A stretch of 64,000 nucleotides of DNA from an uncultured delta proteobacterium (GCA_963822965.1 CAWGJT010000005.1:160001-224000), one strand, 5' to 3'; counted from the first letter of the stretch, positions 51,465 through 60,819 are shown. A program made the numbers and translations. Notes: a model not told the origin generated them from the sequence alone.

Positions 51465-52166
51465 GTGGCAGCGCCGGAATCAGCGGCCCCGGGCGGGCGG
51501 ATCGATCTCAAGAGTCGCCTGCTCGCGTGCCGGCGCGAGAAGACGACGGTGCTCCTGGGGCTCGCCGTGGGAATCTGCATCCCCTACTTCGTGCTCCAGC
51601 GCGTGTCCGGGGTGTCCCCGTTCGAGGTCCCCATGACGGACGCCGACTGGGAGATCCCGTTCGGCCCGGACTGGATCGTCGTCTACCTGTCCATCGCCCT
51701 GCTGGTTCCCCTGGGCCCCCTGCTGGCCCGCAGCCGCGAGCCGCTGGAGCGCTACGCCACCGGTCTGGCGATCCTGTGTGCGGTCTGCTTTGCGCTCTTC
51801 TGGCTCTTCCCGGTGGAGGGCCCGCGCCCGGACGAGATGCCCGCCCAGCCGATCTACCGGCTGCTCGTCAGCTGGGACCGGCCGACCAACTCCCTGCCCT
51901 CCCTGCACGCGGGGCTGGTGGTCTACTCGCTTCTGTTCATCGATCGCGTGGTGACGCGCGAGCTGGGGCACCGCCGGCGCATGTTGTGGAACGCCCTGGG
52001 GTGGAGCTGGGGCGCCCTGATCCTGTACTCGACCCTCGCGACGAAGCAGCACTGGTTCCTCGACCTGCCGGCCGGCATGGCCGTCGCGGCGGCCGCCCAC
52101 TGGATCGCCTGGAAGAGCGCCGACTCCGGCGTCACGGATCCGCGAGCCCCCCTCGCCACGGGCTGA
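51465..52166 (+). CDS. PAP2-family membrane phosphatase/phosphotransferase
   Basis: FP...PR, N.LPSLH and ST..TKQH..LD..AG motifs, with multiple TM segments. Confidence 0.85.
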   Translation: MAAPESAAPGGRIDLKSRLLACRREKTTVLLGLAVGICIPYFVLQRVSGVSPFEVPMTDADWEIPFGPDWIVVYLSIALLVPLGPLLARSREPLERYATGLAILCAVCFALFWLFPVEGPRPDEMPAQPIYRLLVSWDRPTNSLPSLHAGLVVYSLLFIDRVVTRELGHRRRMLWNALGWSWGALILYSTLATKQHWFLDLPAGMAVAAAAHWIAWKSADSGVTDPRAPLATG

Positions 52167-52178
52167 ATCGGCCGGCGC

Positions 52179-52949
52179 TCAGGGGTGCGCCGGGGCTTCC
52201 TCGCGGCGGCGGCTCAGGACGAAGACCAGCGCGCCGGCGCCCGCGAGCACCGAGACGATCGACAGGTACTGTCCCGGGGTCCAGCCCGCGTAGCGGGCCT
52301 CCGAGACCCGCAGCGCGTCCATCGCGAAGCGCACGGGCCCGTAGAGCAGGAAGAAGAGCCCGACGAAGAAGCCGTCGGGACGCGGCTTGCGACCGAGCCA
52401 GGCGAAGATCGCGGCCAGGACGGAGACGTAGAGGAACTCCAGCAGTCCGAGATCGAAGCGCGGACCGTCCGGGAAGCGCACCGCCAGCCAGCTCGCCGAC
52501 GAGACGCCCGGGTGGTCGTGCTGCAGCGCGCAGCCCAGCCGGCCGATCGCCAGGGTGAAGGGCAGCGCGTAGATCAGCACGTCGAAGAAGCGCAGGATCT
52601 GGCGGCCCGACATGTGCTCGCGACGCATCACCAGGTAGATCCCGAGAAGCCCGCCGAGCATGCCCCCGAAGGACGACAGGCTCTCCCACACCCGGAAGAT
52701 GACCAGGGGGTCGTCGAGGAACTTCTGCGGGGTGTAGACCAGGACGTCGAAGACGTGGGCGCTGACGAGACCCAGCCCGATCGCCCAGCCGACCAGGCTC
52801 GAGGCGGTGCGGCGGTCGATCCCCACCGACGGCGAGCGGCGCAGCACGATCTGGAACTGCACCACCACCGCGATCACCACGAGCACGGAGAACGCCTGGA
52901 TCTCGTAGAAGCCGAGGTCCAGCGTCGGTTGGGGGATGTACGGGATCAA
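52179..52949 (-). CDS. lgt: Prolipoprotein diacylglyceryl transferase family protein
   Basis: LSSFGGMLGG, AIGRLGC, Y...RF..D.LR and TPGQYLS. TTG start after a GGAGAGG RBS. Confidence 0.8.
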   Translation of the reverse strand: MIPYIPQPTLDLGFYEIQAFSVLVVIAVVVQFQIVLRRSPSVGIDRRTASSLVGWAIGLGLVSAHVFDVLVYTPQKFLDDPLVIFRVWESLSSFGGMLGGLLGIYLVMRREHMSGRQILRFFDVLIYALPFTLAIGRLGCALQHDHPGVSSASWLAVRFPDGPRFDLGLLEFLYVSVLAAIFAWLGRKPRPDGFFVGLFFLLYGPVRFAMDALRVSEARYAGWTPGQYLSIVSVLAGAGALVFVLSRRREEAPAHP

Positions 52950-53157
52950 CGGCGCCTCTCCCTGGCGGTCTCGCCCTGGCTGTCTCGGTCCGGCTCGGCC
53001 GGCCTCGGACCTCGCGATGGGGCTCCAGCCGGAGCGCCGAGTATCCGGAAGCACGAACGCCCCGGCCAGGGTCGGCCGGGGCGTCGTGATCGGTGCGCTC
53101 GATCCGACCGGCCCCTCGCAGGCGAGGAGCCGACTCGGGACGGGCCTGCCCGGCTAG

Positions 53158-53316
53158 GAGCCTGACCCAAGACACCTCGCGCCGCCCTGACACCGATGCA
53201 TCGCCGCTGGCCGCGTTGCGCTGCGTCACCGTAGGCCGCGCTACGGCCTCCTCACGCGCCTTGCCAGCGGCGCGCCTCGACGCCAGGGCTTTCCACGGGA
53301 GTCTTGGGTCAGGCTC
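53158..53316. mobile_element. MITE, 159 bp, with perfect 16-bp terminal inverted repeats flanked by CTAG
   Basis: GAGCCTGACCCAAGAC at 53158-53173 and GTCTTGGGTCAGGCTC at 53301-53316. CTAG at 53154-53157 and 53317-53320. Nested internal palindromes and no transposase. Confidence 0.85.
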
Positions 53317-56106
53317 CTAGCGCTCCTTCTTCAGGCGCCTCCGGTGCATCCACATGAGGCCCGGCAGCAGCAGGACCAGCTCGGGACCGAAGCCGCAATC
53401 GGGCGGAGCCGGCACGATGCCCGGCGTGCACGAGAGCGTCTCGTCCGAGTCCACCAGGCCCTCGAGCAGCCAGTCGTTGATGAGCCAGCCGTTGTCTGCG
53501 TAGGTCGAGTTGCCCTCGCTCTTCCCACAGTCCTCGACGCCATTCATGTTCTTGTCGTCGCAGAACAGATCGAACTGCGACTCCCCGAGCTTGGTGAGCC
53601 CGTTGGTGGTGAAGATCTCCCAGACGCTGGTGGTGCCAGCGGCCCCGAGACCGTCGACCGTGATGGCGTCGCCCGGCTCCACGTCCTCGAACGTCCCGAT
53701 CAGGGTGCTCGAGTTGGGCAGGCCGGACCAGGCCTTCACACGCACGGGCTGCGCCCCGTTCCAGATCATCGAGAGCTCGGAGAGCGGCTGCGAGCACGCG
53801 AAGGCACCCGGAGGCGGCGCGAGCACGTTCACGGTCACCTGATCCACGCCCGGATCGCAGACGTCGCCGGCGACGTCCCCGGTCGCGGTGGCCACGTTGG
53901 TGGTCGTCCCAAACAGGGTCGCGGGCACCACGAAGGTCTGCGACTCGCTCGGCGCCAGCGAGACACCCGTCGCGATGTCCCCCAGCTGGTCGTCGTGGAT
54001 CATGACGTTGTCCACGGTGTCCGTGCCCGGGTTGGTCACCGTGTACTGGTACTGCACGTTGCCGCCCAGGCTGATCGGGCCGTCGTCCTCGCGATCCATG
54101 CCGAAGACCACCCAGGCGCCGAACCGATCGCCCAGGCTGAGCGGCTTGTAGCAGGACGTCTTGATCATGACCGTCTGGGAGCCGCCGGCGCCAGTCGCCG
54201 TCAGCACCACATGCCAGGGGAGATCACCGCCACCCGGGACCGCCACGCTCACGAGATCGCCGAACTCGATCTGGTCCTCGGGCTCGGCGTCGAGGCTGCC
54301 GGTCAGGGACACCGCGACGGGATCGCCGGGATCGGCGACGCCCGAGCAGGTGCCGTAGCCGCCCTGCGGGTTGCTCACCGTGCAGCCCTCCCCCAGGAAG
54401 TCGCCGATGTAGACCAGCGTCAGCTCCTGGAGATCGCTCGTGCAATGCGGACCCGGAGGCGCGAGCGGCACCTCGCAGGCGTCCTGGGGACCTTCCGGAC
54501 CGTCGCCCAGGGCCACGAGCGTGCCCGACTTGGTGGTGAACTCCACCAGCCGGAAGCTGCCGAACTGGTCGCCCAGGGCCAGCGGCTGCGAGCAGGAGAC
54601 GTGGAACTCCACCTTCTGCCGCACACCTGCCCCGTCCGTGATCAGGAGCTTCATGTTCGGGAAGAGGCCGCCCCTGCGGGTCGACGTGACGCGGATGCGG
54701 TCCCCGTCGTTGATCAGGCTCGAGGGCGAGATCTGCACGCTCGAGCCGAACTTCGACGCGTAGGTGATGCCGACGTTCGTGGCGCCCGTGGCGTCGCCGC
54801 TGCACTTCGCCTCGCCGTTCTGCGGGTTCGCGAGCGGATCCTGGCAGTCCTGGCCGACGTACTCGAGCACCATGTCCACGAGCTTGGCATCGCAGGGCGT
54901 GCCCTCCGGGTCGCCGGGCCCCGCACACTGCGGCGGCGGCGGCGGCGCGTTGCAGTCCACCAGGCCGCCCTCGGTGCTCTCGAAGCTCGTCACCTTGAAG
55001 GCGCCGAACTGGTCCCCGCACTGGAAGGCGCGCTCACAGGAGGTGTCGATCTTCAGGTACTGCTTCCGCCACCACTCGTCCTGCACCTTGAACTTCGTCT
55101 TGTCCGGAAGCGTCCCGTTGCTGCTGGTGAAGGTGACCTGGTCCCCGATGTCGATGCCGGTGTCCGGGGAGACCTGCACCGAGCCACCCCAGCTGAGCGG
55201 CGTGATGTCCACGGGCTCGTGCAAGGAGCGGCGACCGTGGCACTTGCAGGAGCGGCCCTGGTCGTTGCTCGTGCGCGAGCAGCTGTCGCCGGTGTACTCG
55301 AGGGTCATGCTGATCATGTCGCCCTCGCACTGGCCGAGATCGGGCAGCACCGGCTGCGTCACGCAGCAGGTCTTGTCGAGCTGGAGATCGCAGAGGACCG
55401 GGTTCACCAGGATCGCCACCGTGGGGCCGCTGACCGACTTCTTCTGCACCGTGGCGGCCGTGCTGCCGGCCGCGCAGTTCGTGTCGAGGGTGTTGGTGAG
55501 GGAGAGCACCGCCTCCGTGGCGAGCGGGACCACCGACGCGACGTCGACGGAGACGCTGCCCGTCCAGTTGCTGGCCCCGTAGTTGGTGGGCAGCGCGAAG
55601 GTGCCGCTGGGGGTGAACGAGCCGGTGAACGGGATCACCACCGGGGCGATCGGCCCGCCCGTCGTCGCGGTGACGGTCACGGTCCCGGAGAGGGCCGTGG
55701 AGCCGTTGGTGCCCGGGTTGCCGAAGGGCGGGAACGTGGTGAGGATCGCGTCTCCGGCCTCGACCAGGGTGACGTTGTCGATGTGGCCGCCCGGCTGGGC
55801 GCTGATCGTCGTCGTGAGCACCGACTCGGTGCTGTCGCTGCCGCCACTCGAGCACGACGAGGTGAAGGCCGACGGCGCGAACATCAGATGGTCGCCCTGG
55901 ATCTCGACCGGATTCACCGCATCCGCCCAGATCGGCTCGGGATCGCCCGCGGTCGTGGTGGTCTCGGAGACCTGAAGGAAGTCGACGCTAGCCCCGATGA
56001 AGTCACCGTGATTGACCGTGGCGGAGGCCTGCCGGGAGCCGGAGACGGCGAGGAGACTCGCCGCGAGCAGAAGAACGGGAAGAGACGGGAAGACGGGATT
56101 TCGCAC
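53317..56106 (-). CDS. Large secreted Cys-rich repeat surface protein with a CGFGPE-TM-basic C-terminal tail
   Basis: Signal peptide. Three ~125-aa repeats (L.Y.G..C....N.Q...SC...(L/F)..GD(Q/R)FG). C-terminus CGFGPELVLLLPGLMWMHRRRLKKER. Confidence 0.85.
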   Translation of the reverse strand: MRNPVFPSLPVLLLAASLLAVSGSRQASATVNHGDFIGASVDFLQVSETTTTAGDPEPIWADAVNPVEIQGDHLMFAPSAFTSSCSSGGSDSTESVLTTTISAQPGGHIDNVTLVEAGDAILTTFPPFGNPGTNGSTALSGTVTVTATTGGPIAPVVIPFTGSFTPSGTFALPTNYGASNWTGSVSVDVASVVPLATEAVLSLTNTLDTNCAAGSTAATVQKKSVSGPTVAILVNPVLCDLQLDKTCCVTQPVLPDLGQCEGDMISMTLEYTGDSCSRTSNDQGRSCKCHGRRSLHEPVDITPLSWGGSVQVSPDTGIDIGDQVTFTSSNGTLPDKTKFKVQDEWWRKQYLKIDTSCERAFQCGDQFGAFKVTSFESTEGGLVDCNAPPPPPQCAGPGDPEGTPCDAKLVDMVLEYVGQDCQDPLANPQNGEAKCSGDATGATNVGITYASKFGSSVQISPSSLINDGDRIRVTSTRRGGLFPNMKLLITDGAGVRQKVEFHVSCSQPLALGDQFGSFRLVEFTTKSGTLVALGDGPEGPQDACEVPLAPPGPHCTSDLQELTLVYIGDFLGEGCTVSNPQGGYGTCSGVADPGDPVAVSLTGSLDAEPEDQIEFGDLVSVAVPGGGDLPWHVVLTATGAGGSQTVMIKTSCYKPLSLGDRFGAWVVFGMDREDDGPISLGGNVQYQYTVTNPGTDTVDNVMIHDDQLGDIATGVSLAPSESQTFVVPATLFGTTTNVATATGDVAGDVCDPGVDQVTVNVLAPPPGAFACSQPLSELSMIWNGAQPVRVKAWSGLPNSSTLIGTFEDVEPGDAITVDGLGAAGTTSVWEIFTTNGLTKLGESQFDLFCDDKNMNGVEDCGKSEGNSTYADNGWLINDWLLEGLVDSDETLSCTPGIVPAPPDCGFGPELVLLLPGLMWMHRRRLKKER

Positions 56107-56465
56107 GAGGTGCTCCTTGGACTGCGAACCCGGCCCGGTCGTGGACGGGCCGGGAATTGCGCGGCGGCTGTTTTCGCTTTGGCTTCGCGTTCACGGCTCG
56201 ATCGGACGGGCGGCAACTCGTGTGCTGCTGCGAGCGAACCCTCCCTCCCCCTATCCTCCGGGTCTCCGGGCCGAACCCCCTACCTTGCCTTGCGGACTCG
56301 CTGCTCCCGACTCTGCGACTCGCCAGCTTCCGTCTCGAGCTCGATCACTCTCCAGAACTCGCCAACTCTCGTCACTTCCTGCGCGTATAACTCTCGACTG
56401 TGTAGGTTTCGGCCACAGCAGGACCTTTTCCGAAGCACAGTCCGAAGCACGGTGGAATTCGTCGA

Positions 56466-57233
56466 TCAGCTCCGTCGCCGGCCGCCGACGAGCGCGCCGA
56501 GCAGGCCCAGCCCCAGGAACGCGAGGGTTCCCGGCTCGGGCACGGTGATGACGACGCCGCGATCCGCCTTCTTCTGGATCGTGGCCGCGTTGAGCGCGCC
56601 CTCGCTGGACGCCACCAGGTAGTTGTTCATGGCCACGAAAACCTTCGTCGCGTTGGGCACCACGGAGGCGATGTCGATCAGGGCGACGCCCTGCCAGTTC
56701 ACGGTACCCGGGTTGTTGATGATGTCGAAGGTGTCCGTCGGGGCGAAGACGCCGTTGATCGGGATGTTGACGTCGGGGATGTCCACCCCGCCGGCTTCCA
56801 TGACCGTGATGGTTCCGGAGACCGACAGGAAGGTGCCGGTCGCACCGGTGCCGGCCGGGCCGGCCAGGATCGAGTCACCGAACTCCTCGATCTTGAGGGT
56901 GTCGATGGAGGCGCCGAGCGCCGTCGTCACGATCTCCACCTGCAGCAGCGACAGGGTCTGGTCGAGATCGCCGGCTCCGCTCGCGCTGGCCGTGAAGGCG
57001 GTCGGGTTGAAGCTGAGCTCGTCGCCGGAGACGACGGGGGCTCCGAAGAGCACCAGCGGATCGGCCGGATCGACCGCGTCCTGCGTCGTCTCCGTGACGT
57101 CCACGAAGTCGACGGTCGATCCGTTGTAGGTGCCGTGATTGACGGGGGTCGCCGCCATCGCGGAGCCCGCGCCGAACAAGACGGTGAGCGCCGAGCAGGT
57201 CAGCTGCAGCAGCGTACGAATGCGAAAGTTCAT
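56466..57233 (-). CDS. PEP-CTERM sorting-domain protein
   Basis: Signal peptide ending AMA. C-terminus VPEPGTLAFLGLGLLGALVGGRRRS. Confidence 0.92.
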   Translation of the reverse strand: MNFRIRTLLQLTCSALTVLFGAGSAMAATPVNHGTYNGSTVDFVDVTETTQDAVDPADPLVLFGAPVVSGDELSFNPTAFTASASGAGDLDQTLSLLQVEIVTTALGASIDTLKIEEFGDSILAGPAGTGATGTFLSVSGTITVMEAGGVDIPDVNIPINGVFAPTDTFDIINNPGTVNWQGVALIDIASVVPNATKVFVAMNNYLVASSEGALNAATIQKKADRGVVITVPEPGTLAFLGLGLLGALVGGRRRS

Positions 57234-57813
57234 CAGGTTTTGACCTCTTCCCAGGGTCTTCAGATTCAGCTTCTGGTGCCGGATCTCGTGTCTTTTCTCT
57301 TCTTGCATCTTGCCTTGCTCTTCTTTCCTGCTTCCTCGCTTCTTCCTCTCGCTGTATCGCTTCCCGCGTTCTCGCTGCCGGCGTTCCCGTGGCCCCGATT
57401 TCGGACTGCCGGTTTTCCGGATCCTTCCAAGCCTATTGCAACCCGGAAGGCCCCTTCGAAGCAAGCGAATTCTGCGTGTCGAACCAAGCTCGATTCCGGC
57501 TCGCTCCACGAGCGGGACGCCGCGATCCCCGAGACGACAACGGTCTGTCTTCGTCACAGTCAGCAAGATTCGTTCCGATGGGAGACGAAAGCTCGACTCA
57601 GAATAGAACTCAATTATTTCAGTAAGTTACGATAACGATGAGGCAAAAACCCACCATGCGCGGGGTGGGCGCTATGGGAAAACCCTTACCGTTTCCCAGA
57701 AAACTGTTCTCTCGACCCATGAGGATTCCTTCCCAGGACCCGGTCCACGGACCGGGCACCCGGGCGTGCTCGGGAGATGGGCTCTAGTGTCCGGTGCCGC
57801 ATCCGGAGGCCCC

Positions 57814-58755
57814 ATGAGCGATCCGACGCCCGCGAATCCCGATGTCTTCACCCAGCTGCTGGCCGGCGCCTCGCTCCCGCGCACGGCCGCCGAAATGCGC
57901 GCCTTGCTGGACGGCTTCGCCGACCTGCTGAACGCCGGCGCACCCGAGGTCGGCGCGGTCCACGAGAAGGTGCCCGTCGAGGGCGCCGATCCTGCGGTCA
58001 CGGCGGACGTCGTCGTGCCCCACGGCACGGGACCCTTCCCGGTGCTGGTCTACCTGCACGGCGGAGGCTGGGTGGCTGGCAGCCCCAGGACCCACGCGAA
58101 GCTCGCCAAGCGCTTCGCCGAGGCGGGCCATCTCGTCTTCAACGTCGACTACCGGCTGGCCCCCGAGCACCCCTTCCCGGCACCCCTCGACGACTGTCTC
58201 CAGGCCGTCCGCTGGGCCGCCCGGGCGGCCGCCCGCTACGGCGGCGACGGCTCCCGGCTCGCACTGGGCGGCGACTCGGCGGGTGGCAACCTGTCCGCCG
58301 CGGCGGCCATCGCGCTCGCCGACGACCCGGAGGTGCGGATTCGCGCGGCGCTGCTGATCTATGGCGTCTTCGACTTCGCGGCCCTGGACGGCTCGCTCGT
58401 GGCCACGGGCGCAGCGGTCACCCCGGAGCTCGCCCGGGCGGGCGCCGAGATGACCGAGCTGATGGTCGGCTCCTACCTCGGCGCGGAGCGGTCGCCGGGC
58501 CTGCTCGCCGATCCGCGGGTGAGCCCGCTGCACGCCGCAGATCGCCTGCCGCCCTCGTACGTGATGTGCGGCGGCGCGGACCCGCTGCTCCCCCAGACCC
58601 GGGCGCTCGCAGAGGCCCTCCGGAAGGCCGGCGTGGAGCACGAGTCGGCCACCTTCGAGGGGATGCCCCACGGCTTCGTGCAGATGGAGTTCCTGCCGCC
58701 CGCGCGGGCGGCCCTGGACGGCATGACGGCGTTCCTGGCGAAGCACCTCTCCTGA
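57814..58755 (+). CDS. Alpha/beta hydrolase, HSL/family IV esterase
   Basis: HGGGW, DYRLAPEHPFPA, GDSAGG, DPL and HGF. Confidence 0.95.
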   Translation: MSDPTPANPDVFTQLLAGASLPRTAAEMRALLDGFADLLNAGAPEVGAVHEKVPVEGADPAVTADVVVPHGTGPFPVLVYLHGGGWVAGSPRTHAKLAKRFAEAGHLVFNVDYRLAPEHPFPAPLDDCLQAVRWAARAAARYGGDGSRLALGGDSAGGNLSAAAAIALADDPEVRIRAALLIYGVFDFAALDGSLVATGAAVTPELARAGAEMTELMVGSYLGAERSPGLLADPRVSPLHAADRLPPSYVMCGGADPLLPQTRALAEALRKAGVEHESATFEGMPHGFVQMEFLPPARAALDGMTAFLAKHLS

Positions 58756-58830
58756 GCACCCGTGCCTCGAGCGCTCGGGCACCCGGCCAGCTGAGGGAGC
58801 CCGGGTGAGCAACGCTCTTGGAACTGACAC

Positions 58831-59829
58831 CTAGAGGCCCGAGAGGACGATGTCTCCGATCAGGCCGAGCAGGAAGAACATGCCGAATCGCCGGTTGTAC
58901 CAGAACGTGACCGCGACGAACCACAGGGGCCAGACGCCCTTCGGCAGCTCGGGCGGCGCTTCCGCGGGACGGGGCTTCCGGTACGTGTGGAACACCCGCC
59001 GGAGCGACGGCGCGGCGGCGAAGCTCACGAGCATGGCGGGCGTGAAGTAGCCGACGACGACCAGGTACACGATCACCCCGTACTGCGCGATCAGCATTCC
59101 GAGCACCGTGTAGCGGGAGACCTTCTCGCCGAGGATGACGGGCAGGGTGTGGATCCGCTTGGCGCGGTCGGCGTCCAGCTTGTCGATGTGCTTTCCGAAG
59201 AGCACCGCCGTCGGGCCGAGCGCGTAGGCGAGACTCGCCACGGCCACGTTGTTGCTCCACTCGCCGGTGATCACGTAGTAGGAACCGCCCACCATCAACG
59301 GCCCCCAGACCGCGAGAACCGCCGGCTCCCCGAGCCCGATGTACTTGAGCGGAAAGGTGTAGAACAGGACGAAGAAGGCCCCGGCGCCGAGGAGCATCAG
59401 CACGATCTCGCCCTGCAGGACCACCAGGTACACGCCCACCGCCAGGGCCGCGCCGCCCGTCACCAGCGCGTAGATGACCAGCTGCTTCACGCTGAGGAAG
59501 CCGTCCTGCACGGTCTGCGGACCGTACTGGGTGCGGAAGTAGTTGCCCTCGTCGACGCCCTTCCAGTAGTCGGTGAGGTCGTTCACCAGGTTGTTCGTGG
59601 CGTGGGCGAGGCACAGGCCCAGGGTGACCAGCACGAAGGACACGCCGTCGAAGCGACCCGCCTTGACCGCCAGCAGCCCGGCGAAGGCGGCGGACGTGAA
59701 GGTCATGATGATCACCGCCGAACGCGTCGCGATGAGCCAGCGCGAGACGATGTCGAGGCCGTCCCAGTCCTGCTTGGTGATTCGAGGCATGACGGTCAAC
59801 GCCTTGCCCCACATGGCGACGTTCGGCAT
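58831..59829 (-). CDS. UbiA-family prenyltransferase (MenA-like)
   Basis: NLVNDLTDYWKGVD, FYTFPLKYIGLGE and D...D....IHTLPVILG, with multiple TM segments. Confidence 0.85.
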   Translation of the reverse strand: MPNVAMWGKALTVMPRITKQDWDGLDIVSRWLIATRSAVIIMTFTSAAFAGLLAVKAGRFDGVSFVLVTLGLCLAHATNNLVNDLTDYWKGVDEGNYFRTQYGPQTVQDGFLSVKQLVIYALVTGGAALAVGVYLVVLQGEIVLMLLGAGAFFVLFYTFPLKYIGLGEPAVLAVWGPLMVGGSYYVITGEWSNNVAVASLAYALGPTAVLFGKHIDKLDADRAKRIHTLPVILGEKVSRYTVLGMLIAQYGVIVYLVVVGYFTPAMLVSFAAAPSLRRVFHTYRKPRPAEAPPELPKGVWPLWFVAVTFWYNRRFGMFFLLGLIGDIVLSGL

Positions 59830-59976
59830 GCGGCCTCCGATAGCGGCGTGCGGGAAGCGGCCGAGTATACCCGAAGGGCCCCGTCCGGCGTCGGCACGCC
59901 GCGGTCGCGGTTCCGCCGCAACCGGAGCCCGACGGGCTCCCTCGGCTAGGCTTTGCGATCTCCGGGGAGGACCACG

Positions 59977-60744
59977 ATGACGACCACCGCAATCACGGGC
60001 TCGGGCTCCGGCATCGGAGCCGGCGTTCGGGCGCATCTCGAGGCGCAGGGCCACCAGGTCATCGGCGTGGACCTGAAGAACGCGGAGATCGAGGCGGACC
60101 TCTCCACCGCCGCCGGCCGGCGAAAGGCCGTCGACGAGATCGTCGCCCGCTGCAGCGGTCGGCTCGACCGGCTCGTCACGTGCGCCGGCCTCGGCGGCCA
60201 CGTGAAGCCGCGCTCCCAGGTCGCCCGGGTGAACTACTTCGGCTCGGTGGAGGTGCTGGACGGACTGCTGCCGGCCCTGCAGAAGGGCCGCGAGCCCGCC
60301 GCCGTGGCCATCGTCTCGAACTCCGCCCAGATCGCGCCCCTGGACGAGCACCCCTACGTCCAGGCCATGCTCGCCCACGACGAAGAGGAGGCCGCCCGCA
60401 TCATCGACGAGCTCGACAGCGGCCCGGTGGCCTACATGGGCTCGAAGCACGCGCTCGGACGGGCCGTCCGGCGGCGCGTCCGCACCTGGGGCGACGCGCG
60501 CGTCCGGCTCAACGGCGTGTGTCCGGGGCCGGTCCGGACGCCGCTGCTGCAGGCCAGCATCGACGACCCGGCAACGGGCCAGCACGTGATGGCGATCGAC
60601 ATTCCCATCGGTCGCTGGGGCGAGCCCGAGGACGTAGCGAAGCTGGTGGGCTTCCTGCTGGGTCCCGAAGCGTCCTGGATCCACGGGAGCCTGCTGTACA
60701 TCGACGGCGGCAACGACGCCGAGATCCGCCCCGACCGCTACTGA
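59977..60744 (+). CDS. SDR, 3-alpha-hydroxysteroid dehydrogenase-like
   Basis: TGSGSGIG, ADLST, VNYFG, YMGSK, VRLNGVCPG and GSLLYIDGG.DA..RPD. Confidence 0.85.
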   Translation: MTTTAITGSGSGIGAGVRAHLEAQGHQVIGVDLKNAEIEADLSTAAGRRKAVDEIVARCSGRLDRLVTCAGLGGHVKPRSQVARVNYFGSVEVLDGLLPALQKGREPAAVAIVSNSAQIAPLDEHPYVQAMLAHDEEEAARIIDELDSGPVAYMGSKHALGRAVRRRVRTWGDARVRLNGVCPGPVRTPLLQASIDDPATGQHVMAIDIPIGRWGEPEDVAKLVGFLLGPEASWIHGSLLYIDGGNDAEIRPDRY

Positions 60745-60747
60745 GCG

Positions 60748-60772
60748 GTCAGCGCCCCGCTGGGGCGCTGAC
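60748..60772. terminator. Perfect hairpin between convergent genes
   Basis: GTCAGCGCCCC-GCT-GGGGCGCTGAC, an 11-bp stem starting 4 bp after the SDR stop. Confidence 0.55.
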
Positions 60773-60819
60773 TTGCAACCCGAGCACAACGCCGAGCGTT
60801 GTCCTCTTGGGAGGCGTCT

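Noticed and set aside
57420..57500. Sigma54 promoter for the PEP-CTERM gene
   Set aside because: The best candidates have GG-N11-GC spacing, or GG in place of the -12 GC.
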